The notes below the pieces were generated by a model, which saw only the letters and a list, made by a program, of their open reading frames with translations, had not been told where the DNA came from and searched no databases. This document shows positions 13,500 to 27,415 of a stretch of 64,000 nt of DNA, in pieces (position 1 is the stretch's first letter; the number at the start of each line of letters is the position of its first letter). This stretch comes from Epiperipatus broadwayi (Eukaryota > Animalia > Onychophora), in assembly GCA_028023455.1 (NCBI GenBank), contig JAQFVV010000004.1, forward strand, positions 20,584,001 through 20,648,000. Direction: 5' to 3'. The position numbers and the translations under genes are program-made.

Positions 13500-14100
13500 G
13501 GATCATCTGATTAAAAAAATAGAACAATGCACTGAAGATTTTTCTTCCTCATTTTGGAACCACAGTTCAAGTCGTATCCTTCGTTAGTGATGTCCTGATC
13601 ATTTTTAGAGGTCCTCAAAACATCTCCAATATTCTGAATATTTTGATTAAATGTCAAACATCAACTGGTTCCACAATACAAGTTTGCAAGTCTTCTTTAT
13701 TGGCAACTATCTACAGGCCACAAACTGCCATCTTAATGGGTAATCCCTCGTCCTTTCTTCATATCCTAAATACTCTTTATCTGAAATGCAACTGTTCCAT
13801 CATTTAAAATCTCCTCATGAATCATGAACACAGTACAAAAATAAATGTATTCTGTCCAAAAAATGCTATATTCCATTGTGAAAGTTTGTATAGGTAATGC
13901 TATTATTAGTGGAATACTTGTCTACTATTGCCCATGGATGCAGCTCTTTAACAAGATCTATAATTTCATGTCTGTAATAAAGTCATATGGGATTCATCTT
14001 TATTCATCAGAACAGCTTGCTTTTCTATATGCAAAGGAAGTCTCATTTTGATATGTTCCAAATCTTTTGTAACATATTGTGGCAGGGTGTATTTAAACCC
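13500..14100 (-). mobile_element. Possible Tc1/mariner-type transposase relic
   Basis: Only faint motifs on the minus strand (KDESH; GRG...WPVDS resembling IGRG..WPPRSPD); heavily degraded. Confidence 0.25.
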
Positions 14101-14121
14101 TGTTACAAAAGATACATTTGT

Positions 14122-15780
14122 ATATCATCATCATCAACCATTATCAATCCACTGCAGGATGAAGGTCTCTCTAAGTTTAATCCATTTTCTCCAATCTTTA
14201 GCTTCTCTTTTCCACAACACCCCTGCACATTTTCTTATTTCATCCATCCATCTCACATGTGGTCTCTTTCTGGGTCTTTTACAATCTCTTGGAATCCAGT
14301 TTAAAATTTCAGTTGTCCGTCTATTATCATTTCTTCTAGCAATATGTCCAGCCCAACTCCATTTCAATCTTAATTTTTTCAATAAGGTCAGTAACACCTG
14401 TTTGTTGTCTTACTCATACATTGCGTTTTTGATCTCTTCTTGTTACTCCCAACATACATCTCTCCATACTCCTTTTGGTCTGAAGTCTCTGTATTGCTCT
14501 TCTATTAAGTATCCAAGTCTCAGATCCATAAGTAAGAACTGGTAAAACACATTTGGTTAAAAACCATTCTTTTCAAACACATAGGCATATTTCCTTTTAG
14601 TATCAAGTTATTTCTACCAAAAGCACTCCAACCAAGTTTAATTCTATGATTAATTTCCTCCATTATGTTTCCGTCTGTATTAATAATCTGACCAAGGTAT
14701 TTGTAACTGTTAACTTCTTCTAATTCTTCATAATCAATCTTTATTTTCATATTTTGAGCAAATCGATTAAACATTACTTTAGTCTTTTTAACATTTATCT
14801 TTAGTCCTACTTTTCTACTTTCATCTGCTAACTCCTGCAACATTTCCTGCAGCTCTGAAGTATTATTTGCAAAAACAACTACATCAAATGCAAAATCTAA
14901 ATGACTTAAATACTCTCCATTTACTTTCATTCCTTTAGTTTCCCATTTTAATCCACAAAATACTTATTGCAGCACTGCTGTAAAAAGTTTTGGAGATATG
15001 GAGTCTCCTTGTCTTACACCTTTCTCAATGTTGATTTTTCCAGTATCATTATGTAATCTAATTGTTGCTGTTGCATTTTTATAAATATTCTTTAAAATAT
15101 GACAATATCCTGGATCTATTCCTTGATGATCCAATGCTTTAATCACTGAAGAAATGTGTATAGAATCGAATGCCTTTTCATAATCTACAAATCCAAAACA
15201 TAATGACAACTCATATTAATTTGTCCTTTCTATGACTTCTCTCAATACCTGGATATGATCTATTGTACTAAAACCACTTTTAAATCCAGCTTGTTCTCTT
15301 GGTTGGTGGAAATCCAAAGTTCTCTGTAGATGAGTTGTAATTATCTTGGTAAAAATTTTATATAAAATTGATAAAAGGCTGATAGGTCTGTAATTTCTAA
15401 TACCTTCTTTATCACCTTTTTTAAATATTAATATTATTACTGCATTCTTCCAATCTTCCGGTACATCTTTATCATTTAGACATTTGGTATATAACTTTGC
15501 TAAAATTGTTTCTATTTCTTCACCTGCTTTTAATATATCAATTATAATTCCATCATTTCCTGGAGCTTCCTTTCTTCATACATTTAATTGCATGTCTCAC
15601 TTCTTCATTTAAAATTCTGGGCAATTTGGAAGATGTAATAAATATAGGAGGTACTTGTTCTTTATTACTATATAATTCTTGATAAAAATCTTCTACCAAT
15701 TTCATGATGTCATCTCTCTTTTTAGTAATAATTCCATCTTTTTTTCTTATTGCAGATATAAATTTCCTACCAATACCAAA
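14122..15780 (-). mobile_element. 5'-truncated RTE-clade LINE with (TGA)n 3' tail
   Basis: Minus ORFs LCFGFVDYEKAFDSI, KGVRQGDSISPKLF, HLDFAFDVVVFAN, KWSWAGHIARR..WIPRD..RWMDEI; tail (TCA)4 on + at ~14125-14136. Confidence 0.95.
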
Positions 15781-16984
15781 ATGTTGCGCAGATATAAATA
15801 CAGTTTAGTTAATATATGACTAAATTCTATTTTTTTGTATATTTTAAATAGGGAGATAGATAGGGTTAGAATAAACAGAAGGGAGGGTGTAAAATGTTTG
15901 TGCTCTTTTATTTTGTTTGTAGCATGTATGTATATTGCTGTATGGATGAATAAATGGATTCACTGAATAATAATAAAACATAAATTTTATTTTCAAAATG
16001 GAAGTTGCTGTATTTTATAATATCTATTAAATAGAAAGAAAAAAAATTAAAACTGCATAGATCGTTATCTAAAAAAAATGCTAAGAGAAAAACAAAGAGC
16101 AGTCGAAAATAGATTGCAGGTGTTAGATGGAATTTCCTTGACCTCAATAAAAAAAAAAGGTGCTAAAAGCTTTTCCTTTTGTTTTTAAAGAGAATACAGA
16201 TCTAAAATAACACGTGGTTTTTAAAAAAAGTCCATAAAAAGAAAAATTGAAATTAATTAAGAATTTTGTCTATAACTTTCGTAGATGTCATTTTAAAAGA
16301 GAAATCATTTTATATATGTCAGGGATCGAGTTATTTGATTTCTACAATGGAGATTTGGAAACTTATTGATCAACAAGTATAATCATCAGCCATGAACATG
16401 CTGGGGTAAGAACTTAAGTGTGCTGGGCTCTGCGATCCACCCTGCGAAGATATGTCAAATGGATGGTATAGAACAGATGTCTGCCTTGGAAGGAAGCCAC
16501 TCTTAAAGCTTCAAATTAAACTTGTTTTCAACGAACATTACTCCAAGATTAAGGAATCAATCAAACTAAACCTATCAGAAATTATCTTTATATAGCCATA
16601 GTGTGGACAAACTAGGGCTATTACTCTTATATATTCGTCATTGTCCCTGGGGGAAATCCAGGTAATATGAACATTTTCTCACCTGTATTTATTTCTCGAA
16701 TATTAGGGTGTCTTTTACCATAATGCATAGAGACTTATTAAAAATCTAAATAATTATTTTTGGCATTACAGGGTACTATATTTACGTTTGAATGGACTAG
16801 ATGTTGCATTACATTATTTTTTTTTTGCTGATTTTAGTTTTATCTATACAGTATGTGTGCACGCATATGTTCTTTTAAAATATGTGAGCACAAATTTATA
16901 ATTTTATATTCTTATGATTTCTATATTCTGATAAATAGATTTGTGTTAGTGTAAAAGATAGGGAATTTAATTAAGCATATATTT

Positions 16985-17450
16985 GCGTATTTCTGCATCT
17001 CGTATATTTTCCACGGTTGGTAACTTCCCGCCCTCAGAGAGCTAGCTAGTGGTAGGGTTTCTAGTTAGCCAGTATTGATACATCTCTTCCAGCATAATTC
17101 TTAATTACATACAAATCAGATTGGCGCTTGGAGTCAGAAAGTGATGTTCATAAATATGCTGGGCGAGAAATAGGAATTAAGTTTTCGAATTGCTTTCAAA
17201 TAAATATTGAGTTAGTGCAATACATAAATAAATTGCCCTTTTTTTTTTTACTATTAATTAGTTTAGTTATTACTATGAACACGATGGCCTGTCCGAATTT
17301 CACCGAAGCCCGATTAATTGCCGTAGAGAAATACGTTCAGAATAAAGAATTATTTTTACAAACTATTAAGTTATAATTACGCGTATGGTTATATATATAT
17401 GTGATACGAAAAAGGGCACATTTCGTTACAATATATTAGAGTCAAAATAT
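16985..17450. promoter_or_regulatory. CpG-enriched candidate promoter with E2F/NF-Y/CHR-like motifs
   Basis: About 17 CpGs in ~470 bp within CpG-poor DNA; TTCCCGCC 17025, ATTGGCGC 17120, GGCGAGAAA 17162, TTCAAA 17195. The motifs are short and not individually significant. Confidence 0.3.
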
Positions 17451-18330
17451 ATATTGCAATACTTACTAATCCAATACGTAATGCCATCCCTCCTCCAATA
17501 CCATTACTTATTTCAATTTCATAAGTCAAATGATCATTTTTCACAGAGTATGCCTTTGAACACCATCAAATCTCATTAGCATATCCATCTGGACATTTAT
17601 GAGCAACCCTACCAGTTGCTAAAACTCTAATCAAGTTCCGAAACATTTGTGCTCCTCAATCATGTTCGAAATTTCTTTTTAATTTATTATAAGGTACAAT
17701 TCCAACCAAAATATTTATTAATGACCGATTTAAGCTAAATCTTGAATCTACATGTTTTTCGTGCAATAAATATCCAGAAGAAATGCTACACCTTTTCAAA
17801 CCTCATATTTCTTATCTTTATGCCTCTTTGTGTTTTCATAAGCATACAATCAACCTCAAGCAATTATTAAAAATATTTACATAGATATTTTCGGCTCTTT
17901 AATGCATTTGTAATTATTCATACACCAAGGACTATGTGTCTCATGCATTGTTCCACAATATTTGACAATGGAAAATATATTGTACTAAAAAAAAAAAAAA
18001 AAAGAATGTTTTAACTTGTGTCCTTATTCTCTCAATTTCTACCCAGAAACTTCATAACCAAAACTCAACAATCTATCTCAGTTGTGACATTTATCATCAG
18101 AGTTCACTCTTGAAAATAAATATCTAGATTCTATCTGTTTAATTATTATGATTATATAATTTTAGAACTTCTTCAATTTTGGATCACACTCCGTTGGAGT
18201 TAAACAACTTATTGTGTTACCTGTACTATTATGGTTGCAATTTCATATCTTTGCCTTTGTAACATAATACTATAAATATGTTAATATTTGTACATATTTG
18301 TTATTAATAAAGCTTTTTTTAAAAAAAAAA
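17450..18330 (+). mobile_element. 3' relic of a LINE (Cys/His knuckle, 3'UTR, AATAAA + A tract)
   Basis: NLESTCFSCNKYPEEMLHLF at ~17740-17800 matches C-x2-C-x7/8-H; AATAAA at ~18306 followed by a T/A tract. Confidence 0.4.
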
Positions 18331-18589
18331 GACTATGAATTATATAAATATTGTTATTTCACTCTCATTATCTTAGTGGCATAGACTCTAAAACTTAATG
18401 ATGTAATTCTAAAATTGAGCTACCGGAACAAAATATGCTAAAAATGTGATATCCCGTAGGTTCCATAACTTTCACCAGTGAGTATTCTTAAAATATATTT
18501 TACCTCTAATAGAATTTGCTCTGAAATTATTTTCTCATTTATTTATTATTTTAACTAATTACATGGTGGGATACTAAGAAAATACAAAT

Positions 18590-18915
18590 GGAATTAATTT
18601 GTAAAAATCCCCTCTGCTTGCTTATTGTCATTTTCAAATATTTATCCATTATAGGATGAAAATTAGATTTTTCTATCTTTAGCATCACATCATTCCCAGC
18701 AAACTTTTTTATCCTCCATCCATCTGCATATTGTCTCTGTTTTAATGTATTAATCTCTTAGGATGAAGTTTAAAATTTGAACAGTCCATTTAGCAACTTG
18801 TCCATCTGAGATCAATTTAAGCCTTTTAATTAATTTATCAATATAAATGATATGTATTTGATTTTTCCATTCTTTGTTATAGTCTGAAATTTCTATTCTT
18901 TTTCCAATAAGCATC
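18590..18915 (-). mobile_element. RTE LINE 3' relic
   Basis: Minus strand reads GQVAKWTVQILNF..RD..DGWRIKKFAG, similar to the RTE C-terminus at 14200-14400. Confidence 0.55.
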
Positions 18916-19939
18916 TGTCATATGTATATATATATATTGTAACAGAATATAATATGCCGTTACATTATTTTAAAATTAAAATAAAAAGATCATAAATAAA
19001 AATTGATTTATTAAAAAGGAAAAAACTTAACTTAAAAACTGAAATTTAAAAACTGTTTAACGTATATATAGATCGCATAGATGGACAACTTTAAAAACTA
19101 TTTAAAAAAATAAAAGTAATTTTTTGTAAAAAAAGTAAAGATATAAAGATTTGATACTTTTGAAAATAGAAATAATGTTGATTTCTATAATCTTAGAAAA
19201 TGGAAATGATTGCTTTATTAATTAAATGATTGTTCTAAAGCACACTAGCCCTTGGGGCACTTAAAATAATTTAAAAGGTCAGATAAGAGAATAAAAAGAA
19301 AAAGCTTGACCAATGGAAGCACGAAGCCCCAGCACGGACCATAAATGCAACATGAGAGTCAGTGACATCATGTTCTATCGATCTGAAAAAATCTGCTGAT
19401 AAGAGGCTAATAAAAGTATAAAACCCAAAATATTTGAATTCAGAGGGATGATTATAATTGTTGTCTGAGATGCTGACTATTAAGCTATATATGAACTGTA
19501 GCTGTATTGCAGATGTCACGATGTAAGAGTCTGCAATAGATTTAATTTCCGGACAACCAGCTGATGCCTCCAGAAGATGTTTTTTGACCAACTGAATGGC
19601 TAGTAGCGGCTCCATTTCAAAGGACAAGCAGTCTACAAAAGTGATCATGAAGTTGGACCTCTAAATCTGCTCAAACCGTAAAGTATGAACTCTTGTGTTT
19701 ATCAAATAGGAACTTTTCTAAATTTGCAATTAATAGCTGAAAATAAGAACTCTTATCTGACTTAAAGAATGCAAAATCAATTATTAGTATTTTTTTTTAT
19801 GCAGATGTTTAAGCAATCATTTTCATTTCTTTTTTTTGTGTGTGTGTTATGTTTTAACTAAAATGTATTCAATTTTAAGTTGGGGTGAATAGCTATATAG
19901 ATTCGTTAAATTATGTTAGTTTTAAGGGGGTTTAATTTC

Positions 19940-20176
19940 GGGCTACTTGTCTCGTAGTTAGGTCAGTGCTGGTGGAGGGATATATGGGTGTTTATATCAA
20001 TGTAATGTGAAGCATGTTTAGTATACAGGGCAACGTGCCCAACTGAATGCATGACCCCAAAGAGGCAGTCATATCGTTGCAATGGACGCAGACATATTTC
20101 CTGCGCCATTGACCCTTCTAGCTCTATGGAGGGATTATAAGTCAGCAGATAGACCGCTCTCCCCCATACGTAACAC
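19940..20176 (-). mobile_element. Possible solo/partial LTR
   Basis: GC-richer block ending in CGTAACA (TGTTACG on minus, a typical Gypsy LTR start); the other end is not identified. Confidence 0.3.
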
Positions 20177-20854
20177 CTTTTAAAAAAATATATATACATG
20201 ATTCCTTAGTCAGACAGATGCACATTCCTGTTCTGGACACGGATCATGTCCTTCAAATAATATCACGCTGTCAGGTGCACATTCCTGTCGGCGTGGTTTT
20301 ATGCTAGCATCTTCATATTGCATTGGTTGCGACTATATATCTGGAAGCAGGCGTTGATTTGGCTACGAACTTTTAGTCTGAGATTGAATGATTTGTTTTG
20401 AAAAGTTATTTACTGTGGAATCTATGTAGCGTATCTATACTCAACATTATAAAACAAACTTATTAAAATCCATCGGTGCAAATTTATAAAATTTAAATTA
20501 TAAAGATAAAATAATAAATTTAAAAATCATCTTTATTCCTCAATTGTTAAATATTTATATATGCGTCAATAAATTTTTTTGTGTTTGTTAATTCTGGCAG
20601 TAGCTTATTTATTTATTTTATTGAAATCTTTTTTTTTCTTGAAATATATTTTAAGAAGTTATATTAAATCTCTGCGTCTCTATGAGCTAGTGACATTGGG
20701 CTGACGGTCAGAATAAAATATATATAAAAAAAATTTTTCCCCTAACTTACGTATCTGCCTATATAAATTTGCTAGGTTCAAATGGCCTAGTGGCGCCCCA
20801 TACGGTAGATACGGTAAGACTCCTTTTTGTGACCATTATAATATATATATATAT

Positions 20855-21480
20855 CATTAAAAACCAGTCAACACTTAGATAATCCCAATAATAAACAACA
20901 ATAAACTTGTCAAAGCAACCTCCTTTTCATGTTCAATCCAGTTTCTCTGATCTCTAGTCATCTCCACTTCACCCCATCCTTATTTCATCAATCCATCTCA
21001 TATGGTCTCTCTAAATCTTTTACAATCTTTTGGAATCCAGTTAAGATTTCAACTGTCTATCTATTATCATCTCTTCTAGCAAAATGTCCAGCCCAACTCA
21101 TTTCAATTTCTTAATTCTTTCAGTGACCTGTTTGTTCTCTCACCTATGTACTTTTGTTTTCGATTTTTTCTTGTTCCACATTTCTCCTTACTTTGTTGAT
21201 AGTTTTCAAGTCTGTATTGTTTTTCTGTTAAATATCCAAATCTCAACCATAACTAAAAATTGATATATTTATTAAAAACTTTTCTTTTCAAACCCAAGCA
21301 TATATGTTTTTCTGTTAAATATCCAAATCTCAGAACCATAACTAAAAATTGATATATTTATTAAAAACCTTTCTTTTCAAACCCAGGCATATATATTTTT
21401 TTTAATATTATTTCTACGAAAAGCACTTCAGTTAAGTTTAATTCTATTATTAATTTCGTCCAATATTTTTCTGTTATGTC
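20855..21480 (-). mobile_element. RTE LINE 3' fragment with (TA)n end and an internal ~83-bp tandem duplication
   Basis: Homologous to 14150-14650 (gcaaaatgtccagcccaactc, tggaatccagtt); duplicated block 21226-21303/21309-21390. Confidence 0.85.
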
Positions 21481-21749
21481 CTGATTTTAATACCTGCCAG
21501 GCAGCATCTAAATTTTTCAATAAATTTAAGTACAACTTTATTGTAACAAAACAAATTTATTCAATATCGATAACCAATAAAAAAAATAATTAATAGAATA
21601 ATGAGAAGAGTCATTTGAAATGTCTACAGTCTATAAATAAACTAGTGTGTGGGTATCACTTTCCGCACACAAGAAATATATATAATTCTATTGCAGTGCA
21701 CATTAACTGAAGAAAGTTTATCACACATCAGGAATAATGGATGTTATAA

Positions 21750-24700
21750 ATATGCAATTTAGGTTCTTTTAGAATGGCAATTGTAGTAAGTGTATGTGAC
21801 GTGACTACACAAAGTGTTGTTTGCACAAGCTATTTCAACATATCTCTGACTTGTCGTATAAGAAGGCAATTGAAATTTTAAAGGCTTGTTTTTACCTCAA
21901 ATCATTAATAATAATATAGCATTATAAATTAAAGCTGTCAAATACAGAAAGGGCTTTAGATTTTTGATAGTAGTTGTGATTTTGGTAACTTTATAAATAA
22001 AGTACTTGATGATAGGATTACAATATCAGCTCAGGCAACTCTTGCTGAAATTAGAGCAAAATAAGTTGGACTATTTGTATAAGACAGTTCAGTCTTAATA
22101 CCACAAATATATGATATAGTTTTAAAATATATCTAATTTAAATATGAAATAAATATTCATTCTGAGAGAACTTATGTGAACATGCAGATCTAAAAAATGC
22201 AAATTTTATTAATAATTAGAGCATTTAATAAAAACAGCTTAAGTCAAATAACTCAAGTGTGTATTTAATTGGGAAGGGAGATAAGGCCGTTTATAATATG
22301 CATGAAGTAAAGAATTTCCAAGGAAACAGCTAGTGGTAAAATCATGGAAACAAAAAGTTTTCTTTACGGAAAAATAAAGTATCATTGCTTGTGGATGTCA
22401 TTGTAAATGTGTACAGGTAAATTTAATAATTTATTATTTTTTCTAACATCTTAAATAGAGATTGGTTTGAAGAATTATGGTATGTTAGTAATCAGATAGA
22501 ACATATAACAAAATGCATGGAAGTTTTTGTCAGTTTGTTGACAGAAAAAGCATCTGCATCTCTCAAATAAGCAAACTCAAACAATCTGCTGCTAGAGTAG
22601 ACCACTTTCATTTGCACACTAAGATCTGTAGTAGAGGCAGAATTAGATTGCCTCCAAACGTGAGCCGATTTTTTATTTACAATGTCTTCATTGTTACTGT
22701 GTTAATAAGAAAGGCAAATGAGAAGTTTAGAATATATGCGAATTACAAATGTATAATAAATGATTTGTCAGGATTGTTCAAATTAAATAAGTTACCAGTC
22801 AGAGATTCGGTGATTGAAACTATATTCCAGTGCTTATTGGAACTCTTTTGATAATTTTTTTTAGTAGCTAAGTTGTTAAAAAACTTGCAGACTATCACCG
22901 AAAAGCTTTTTAAAAAATATTCCGCTTTACAATTACCAGAAAGAAAAGAATCGAGAAATTGAATTTTTTGTTTTAAATTAAATGAGTCGAAAATATGCAT
23001 CTCAAAAAACCAAGATTAAGGCAATCTTAAAGGCTAAGATGTTAGCAAACATAATAGAGCTACAAATTTTGTTGGATGTTATAAACTATTGTGAAGAATA
23101 CATTTGTATTAGAACTACCACAGAACACATGCAGGTTACAGTTTAAAAAAATAAAATGGATATGGAGGAAACCAAGTACAAACTTTTAAAAAACTATTAT
23201 CTAGTATGCATGTGAAGTTTAGAATACAACTAGTTTGACAAAGACCTAATAATGATCTACAATGCATCATTTATAAAAGCTGACGTGGTATTAACTCATA
23301 GCAAACAAGACAGTTCTGAAAAATCAGTAATGTATCATGAATTCTAATTATGGTGAACATAATTACATTCAAATCAATAACAAGGCTTTAGCCATTATTC
23401 TGGAATAAAAAAAATGTTACAATTTCATCTATGGATGAAAATTTTTATCATGATTTTCTGGATATTCTTAAACTAAAAAGAGATTACCACAGCTGGTTAT
23501 CACCTAAAATGATGCATTGGTTCAATCTTGTCTGCTTACAATTTTAAATTTAAGCAAAATAAATTAATTTGCCTATGAAACTAGAACAGGTTGAGGAAGT
23601 AAAAAAACTAAATATGATAAAATTAATAGCCAATAGAAATATTAATTATAAAACAAGGTTTAGACAAGGCTGATCAGTTACAAAAAAATAAATAAAAAGG
23701 ATAAAGTCAATCAGTTATAAATATTACATAAAGCATATTTGGCCTGGTAAACTTTAGTTGGCAGTTGTATTACTTGAATGTTTCATATTGTTATTCTCAC
23801 TGAAGATAACAAGTTTTAAATTTTCTTTATTATGAAAGATCTGGAACAATACAGATGAAAATGCTTGCATAGATCATATAGATGGAGCCAGATATCAATA
23901 AGGATATTCAAGGTAGAATTAAGAGATGTTGACAATACCAATATGCACAGAATATGGTGGCAAAAAAAATCAAACTGCTATTCCAATGTCTAAAGTACCA
24001 CATTCATGAAGTCATATAAGCCTACAGGTCCATGACAGGGTATCTATTCGTAATAATTTTCTCATATTGTGAGGATAAATTATAATTATTCTTTCAACTC
24101 AATTTTTTCCAACTATAAAATCCTAAGAAAATTATCATGGAGTATCCAAGTGATAAATTTATTTCTGCTCCATTTAGAGATTTTTCACTTAAAAAGAATG
24201 GTCAAGCTTAACAGATGATTCAAAAGGCAAAAAATTTTCTCTCAAAGAAGAGAAAGCTACAAAATCTTATTTTGCAAGAATACTTTTAGAGCAGCATTCC
24301 ATATTATAATAATTCTGATAAAATCCACATCTTTTACTTATGGGGTGCATGCTCTGAGCAAACTTTCTGCTTGCTCACTTAATTGTCCAAATAAAGTGTA
24401 GTGAAAAACAATATAGAGCATTATACAGAGCAAAAAGTAAATGCTAACCAACTAGCGTTAGGACTATATTAAGCAAATATATATTTATTGTAGATATGCC
24501 TGAGGGGCAACCGTTCAGAGAGTATAGAAATCTAATAACTTGGAGAGCTGATCAACAATTTAATAATCAGATCATCAGGCAACCAAGAAAATTAGCTGAG
24601 ACAATCTAAATAGAGAGCTAGCTCATCTACAGAATGCAAAGTCAACAGTATAGATGGCCCAAACATCTTCAGTTAATAGTTATATAGTTTATCAAGCTAA

Positions 24701-24750
24701 ACAGTTAAAGAAAAAAGAACATTATCTGACATATACATGTTGGTACAAAA
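21750..24750 (+). mobile_element. Highly decayed Ty3/Gypsy (Mag/K02A2.6-like) gag-pol
   Basis: SDLSYKKAIEILKACF (gag), VLIRKANEKFRIYANYKCIIN (RT start), KIKAILKAK..ELQILLDVINY, VLTHSKQDSSEKSVMY and KALAII (RNase H), NGQA*QMIQ (integrase) occur in the expected order. Confidence 0.75.
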
Positions 24751-25879
24751 GTTGCCAGATTAGATTATACAAACATTTTCCCTCACTGCAATCCTTCATA
24801 TTAGCAAGGAAAGAGGATTGTCAGTCTAGTTCATGCATATAATTTCATGTTGCAGTTTGTATACTGGTTATAATTCACTTCATGCTTGTTAATCTTTTTG
24901 TTTCATTTGATGAGCAGGTAACTATGGAAGTCTATTTACATTATAGTTAATAGTATGCTACACTTCTGTTATAACTTAATAGCATACATGGCTTCTTCAA
25001 TAGTCATGTAAGTATATTAAGTTATAACAGTCATAAAGGCAATGTATATATGTACAATATTTATATGCATAATTACTTGTTAATATAATAATCACTGCTT
25101 CATTTTGAAGGGAATAATTCTATATACTTTGTAATGTTCACTCACATTCTTTTGTGTTTGGTTAATTATTTAAATAACATGAGATAGGCTTCATATGGCC
25201 CAGGATGGTTATAAATGCAGTCACAACATAAAATTGTAAAGTTAAAACATTATGGAATTTTTTTGTGATTACATCTCACAATATGAGAATAAACATATGT
25301 AAATGCTATTTGTACGCATGGGTGTCTTCAGTTTTACAGCTTCCAGGGTGTTATCTTCCAAGTGCAGATAATAAAATTGACAATATCGGACATATGTACT
25401 CATGGTGCTTGATGAGGCAGCAATTATCAATATTTCAACTTACCATTAGGGGTTTGAAGCTATTTAGAAGTCAGGTAAGTGTTATTTGATTATTAAGAGA
25501 ATACTACAACTTGGCAAATGTTAGTTCATCAGCTATATATTCCCTTGTGTGATATGGGATATGCAGCTTTTCCTGCATGATAGTTTAGCCTTATAATAGA
25601 CTGTAAATGGTTGCTGATCTTATAGAAAAGAATTTGTTTACAGATAGGCCCAGGATGTCTAATAGAGCTCTTACAATTGGCTTTGTGCATTGACTTGCAT
25701 CAAGTTCTTAGGAGAGTGTGATAGGGCCCAAACTTAGCTTTCTATTTTCCTGTTAATTAATTTTCATAATAAATGTAAATAAGTTTCTTGATTGCAATGA
25801 AAGTCAAGTTTTTCTTTTATTGCTTTTTTCAGTGAATGTATGAGTGAACATACAACTCAGTAAAATATACGTAAATGTA

Positions 25880-27415
25880 TTCCCTCAATTTTCAATAATA
25901 AAATTAACAGAGACAAATTCATCACATCAGTTTCACGCAAACATAAGAACTTTGATGGCGTCTACTACTTTAATGCATCCACACTGATCAATGAATGGCT
26001 AACCGACTATTTAGAGTTTGGTTCATTTACAATCAAATCATTGTTTGAATTCATGCATAAAATCAAGAATGCAGCAATTCCTCAAGAATTCAGAATCGCA
26101 GTTGTCGATATCTCAGAATTATATGGTTCCATTGACAGACAGCTATCAATTAAAATAATTGAACATGAGCTGATCAGGAAAGACTGCCCAGCTCCTAAGA
26201 TATGGTTTATTGTGGACTTTATGAAATGGCTGGATGGAAATATTTTGGCATTGTATGAAAACAACTGGTATAGAATGAACAATGGTTGGCCAGTGGGTCT
26301 CCCTATTAGCAGGATTGTCTCTAGCATGGTCTTAAATCACTTTGAACAACATTTACGTCCAAAATTTCAAACAATTTGTCAGATGTGTAGATATATATTC
26401 ATAGCAGCATCGGAAAATACTACTACAGACATTTTACATGAACTCCACGCTCTTTCTGGCCTAACTTTTAATTGCACATACAAAGATAATCAAAATGTAG
26501 TTAAGTACCTTGACATAAAGATTAACAGAGAGAATGCTGCACTCAATTATTGCATGATGATCCGGCCCTTGCAGATTAGAGATTACCTCCATCCACTCAA
26601 AATCCCCCAAATCACATAAACTTGCAGGGCTATCTGCTTTCTTATTTCGCAATCATCATCTATGTAAACTAGAATCTGATAAGAAAACATCACCAGCTAC
26701 ATCAGAGACTTAATAGGTGTGGGTTTCAACCACAGAACAATAGTCAACAGGATTGAATGCTTTCATAAAAGGCTTCCATCAAAACAATAAAAAAGATGGA
26801 CAACACCTGTGTGCCATACATTCTTGCAATGGCTAAAAAGTTTAGTAAAACTTTACATAAAGAATTCAGACTGAGATTTAAAACCCCACCAAACACCAAT
26901 AGGCTTATTTATAATAGTAAGGATACAAAGAAATGTTGAAGCAACCCTTCAGGTAGTGTATAGAATTATAAGCCTTCAGACGGGTTGGTGCTGTTTACTA
27001 TGGTGAAACTTGTGCCACAATTAATAATAGATTTGCTCAACACAGATCTACATACACACGAGCAATAACCAAAAAAGAAGGTAGTTCCGTTTTTGCTGAC
27101 CATCAACAAGAGCGTAACCATAGGTTTGAGCCCCTCCAAAGCTGATATACTGTGTACAGCGTGGAATGACATCAAGAGAAAAATCAAGAAAGCTTGTTTT
27201 ATTACCAGTGTCTTCAACTCTATAAACAGGAAAGACACTTGCTTCTCCATTTCCTGAAAATGAATAATATAGAAAAAAATAGTTTTGCATATAATAACGT
27301 TGACAATCTACAAGGCTTTGATTATGGAGTAATGAAACTCTGAAAGCGCTCAGCCTAAATAAATTGTTATATCGAATAGTTTCACAGTCAATACATTAGC
27401 GCATTATTAATTATG
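25880..27415 (+). mobile_element. Penelope-like element family 2, upstream 5'-truncated copy
   Basis: ORF 26041-26619 VVDISELYGSI..NGWPVGLPISRIVSSMVL..VKYLDIKI; GIY-YIG remnant ~26950-27020; hammerhead motif near the 3' end. Confidence 0.9.
27313..27356 (+). ncRNA. Type I hammerhead-like motif (3/8 position U/U mismatch in this copy)
   Basis: AGGCT-TTGATTA-T-GGAGT-aatgaa-ACTCT-GAAA-GCGC-TC-AGCCT: perfect 5-bp stem I, 5-bp stem II, palindromic stem III. Confidence 0.65.

Noticed and set aside
16683-16733. RHPNI as the missing next Aurora exon
   Set aside because: Wrong strand, wrong position, and the following residues do not match HPNILRLY; the true exon must lie beyond the window.
18938-18964. 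TGTAAC-15 nt-GTTACA mini inverted termini next to (TA)n
   Set aside because: A 6-bp match is too short to distinguish from chance.
19271-19648. 125-aa minus ORF in a GC-richer block
   Set aside because: No recognisable motif in any frame and no splice context; left unassigned.
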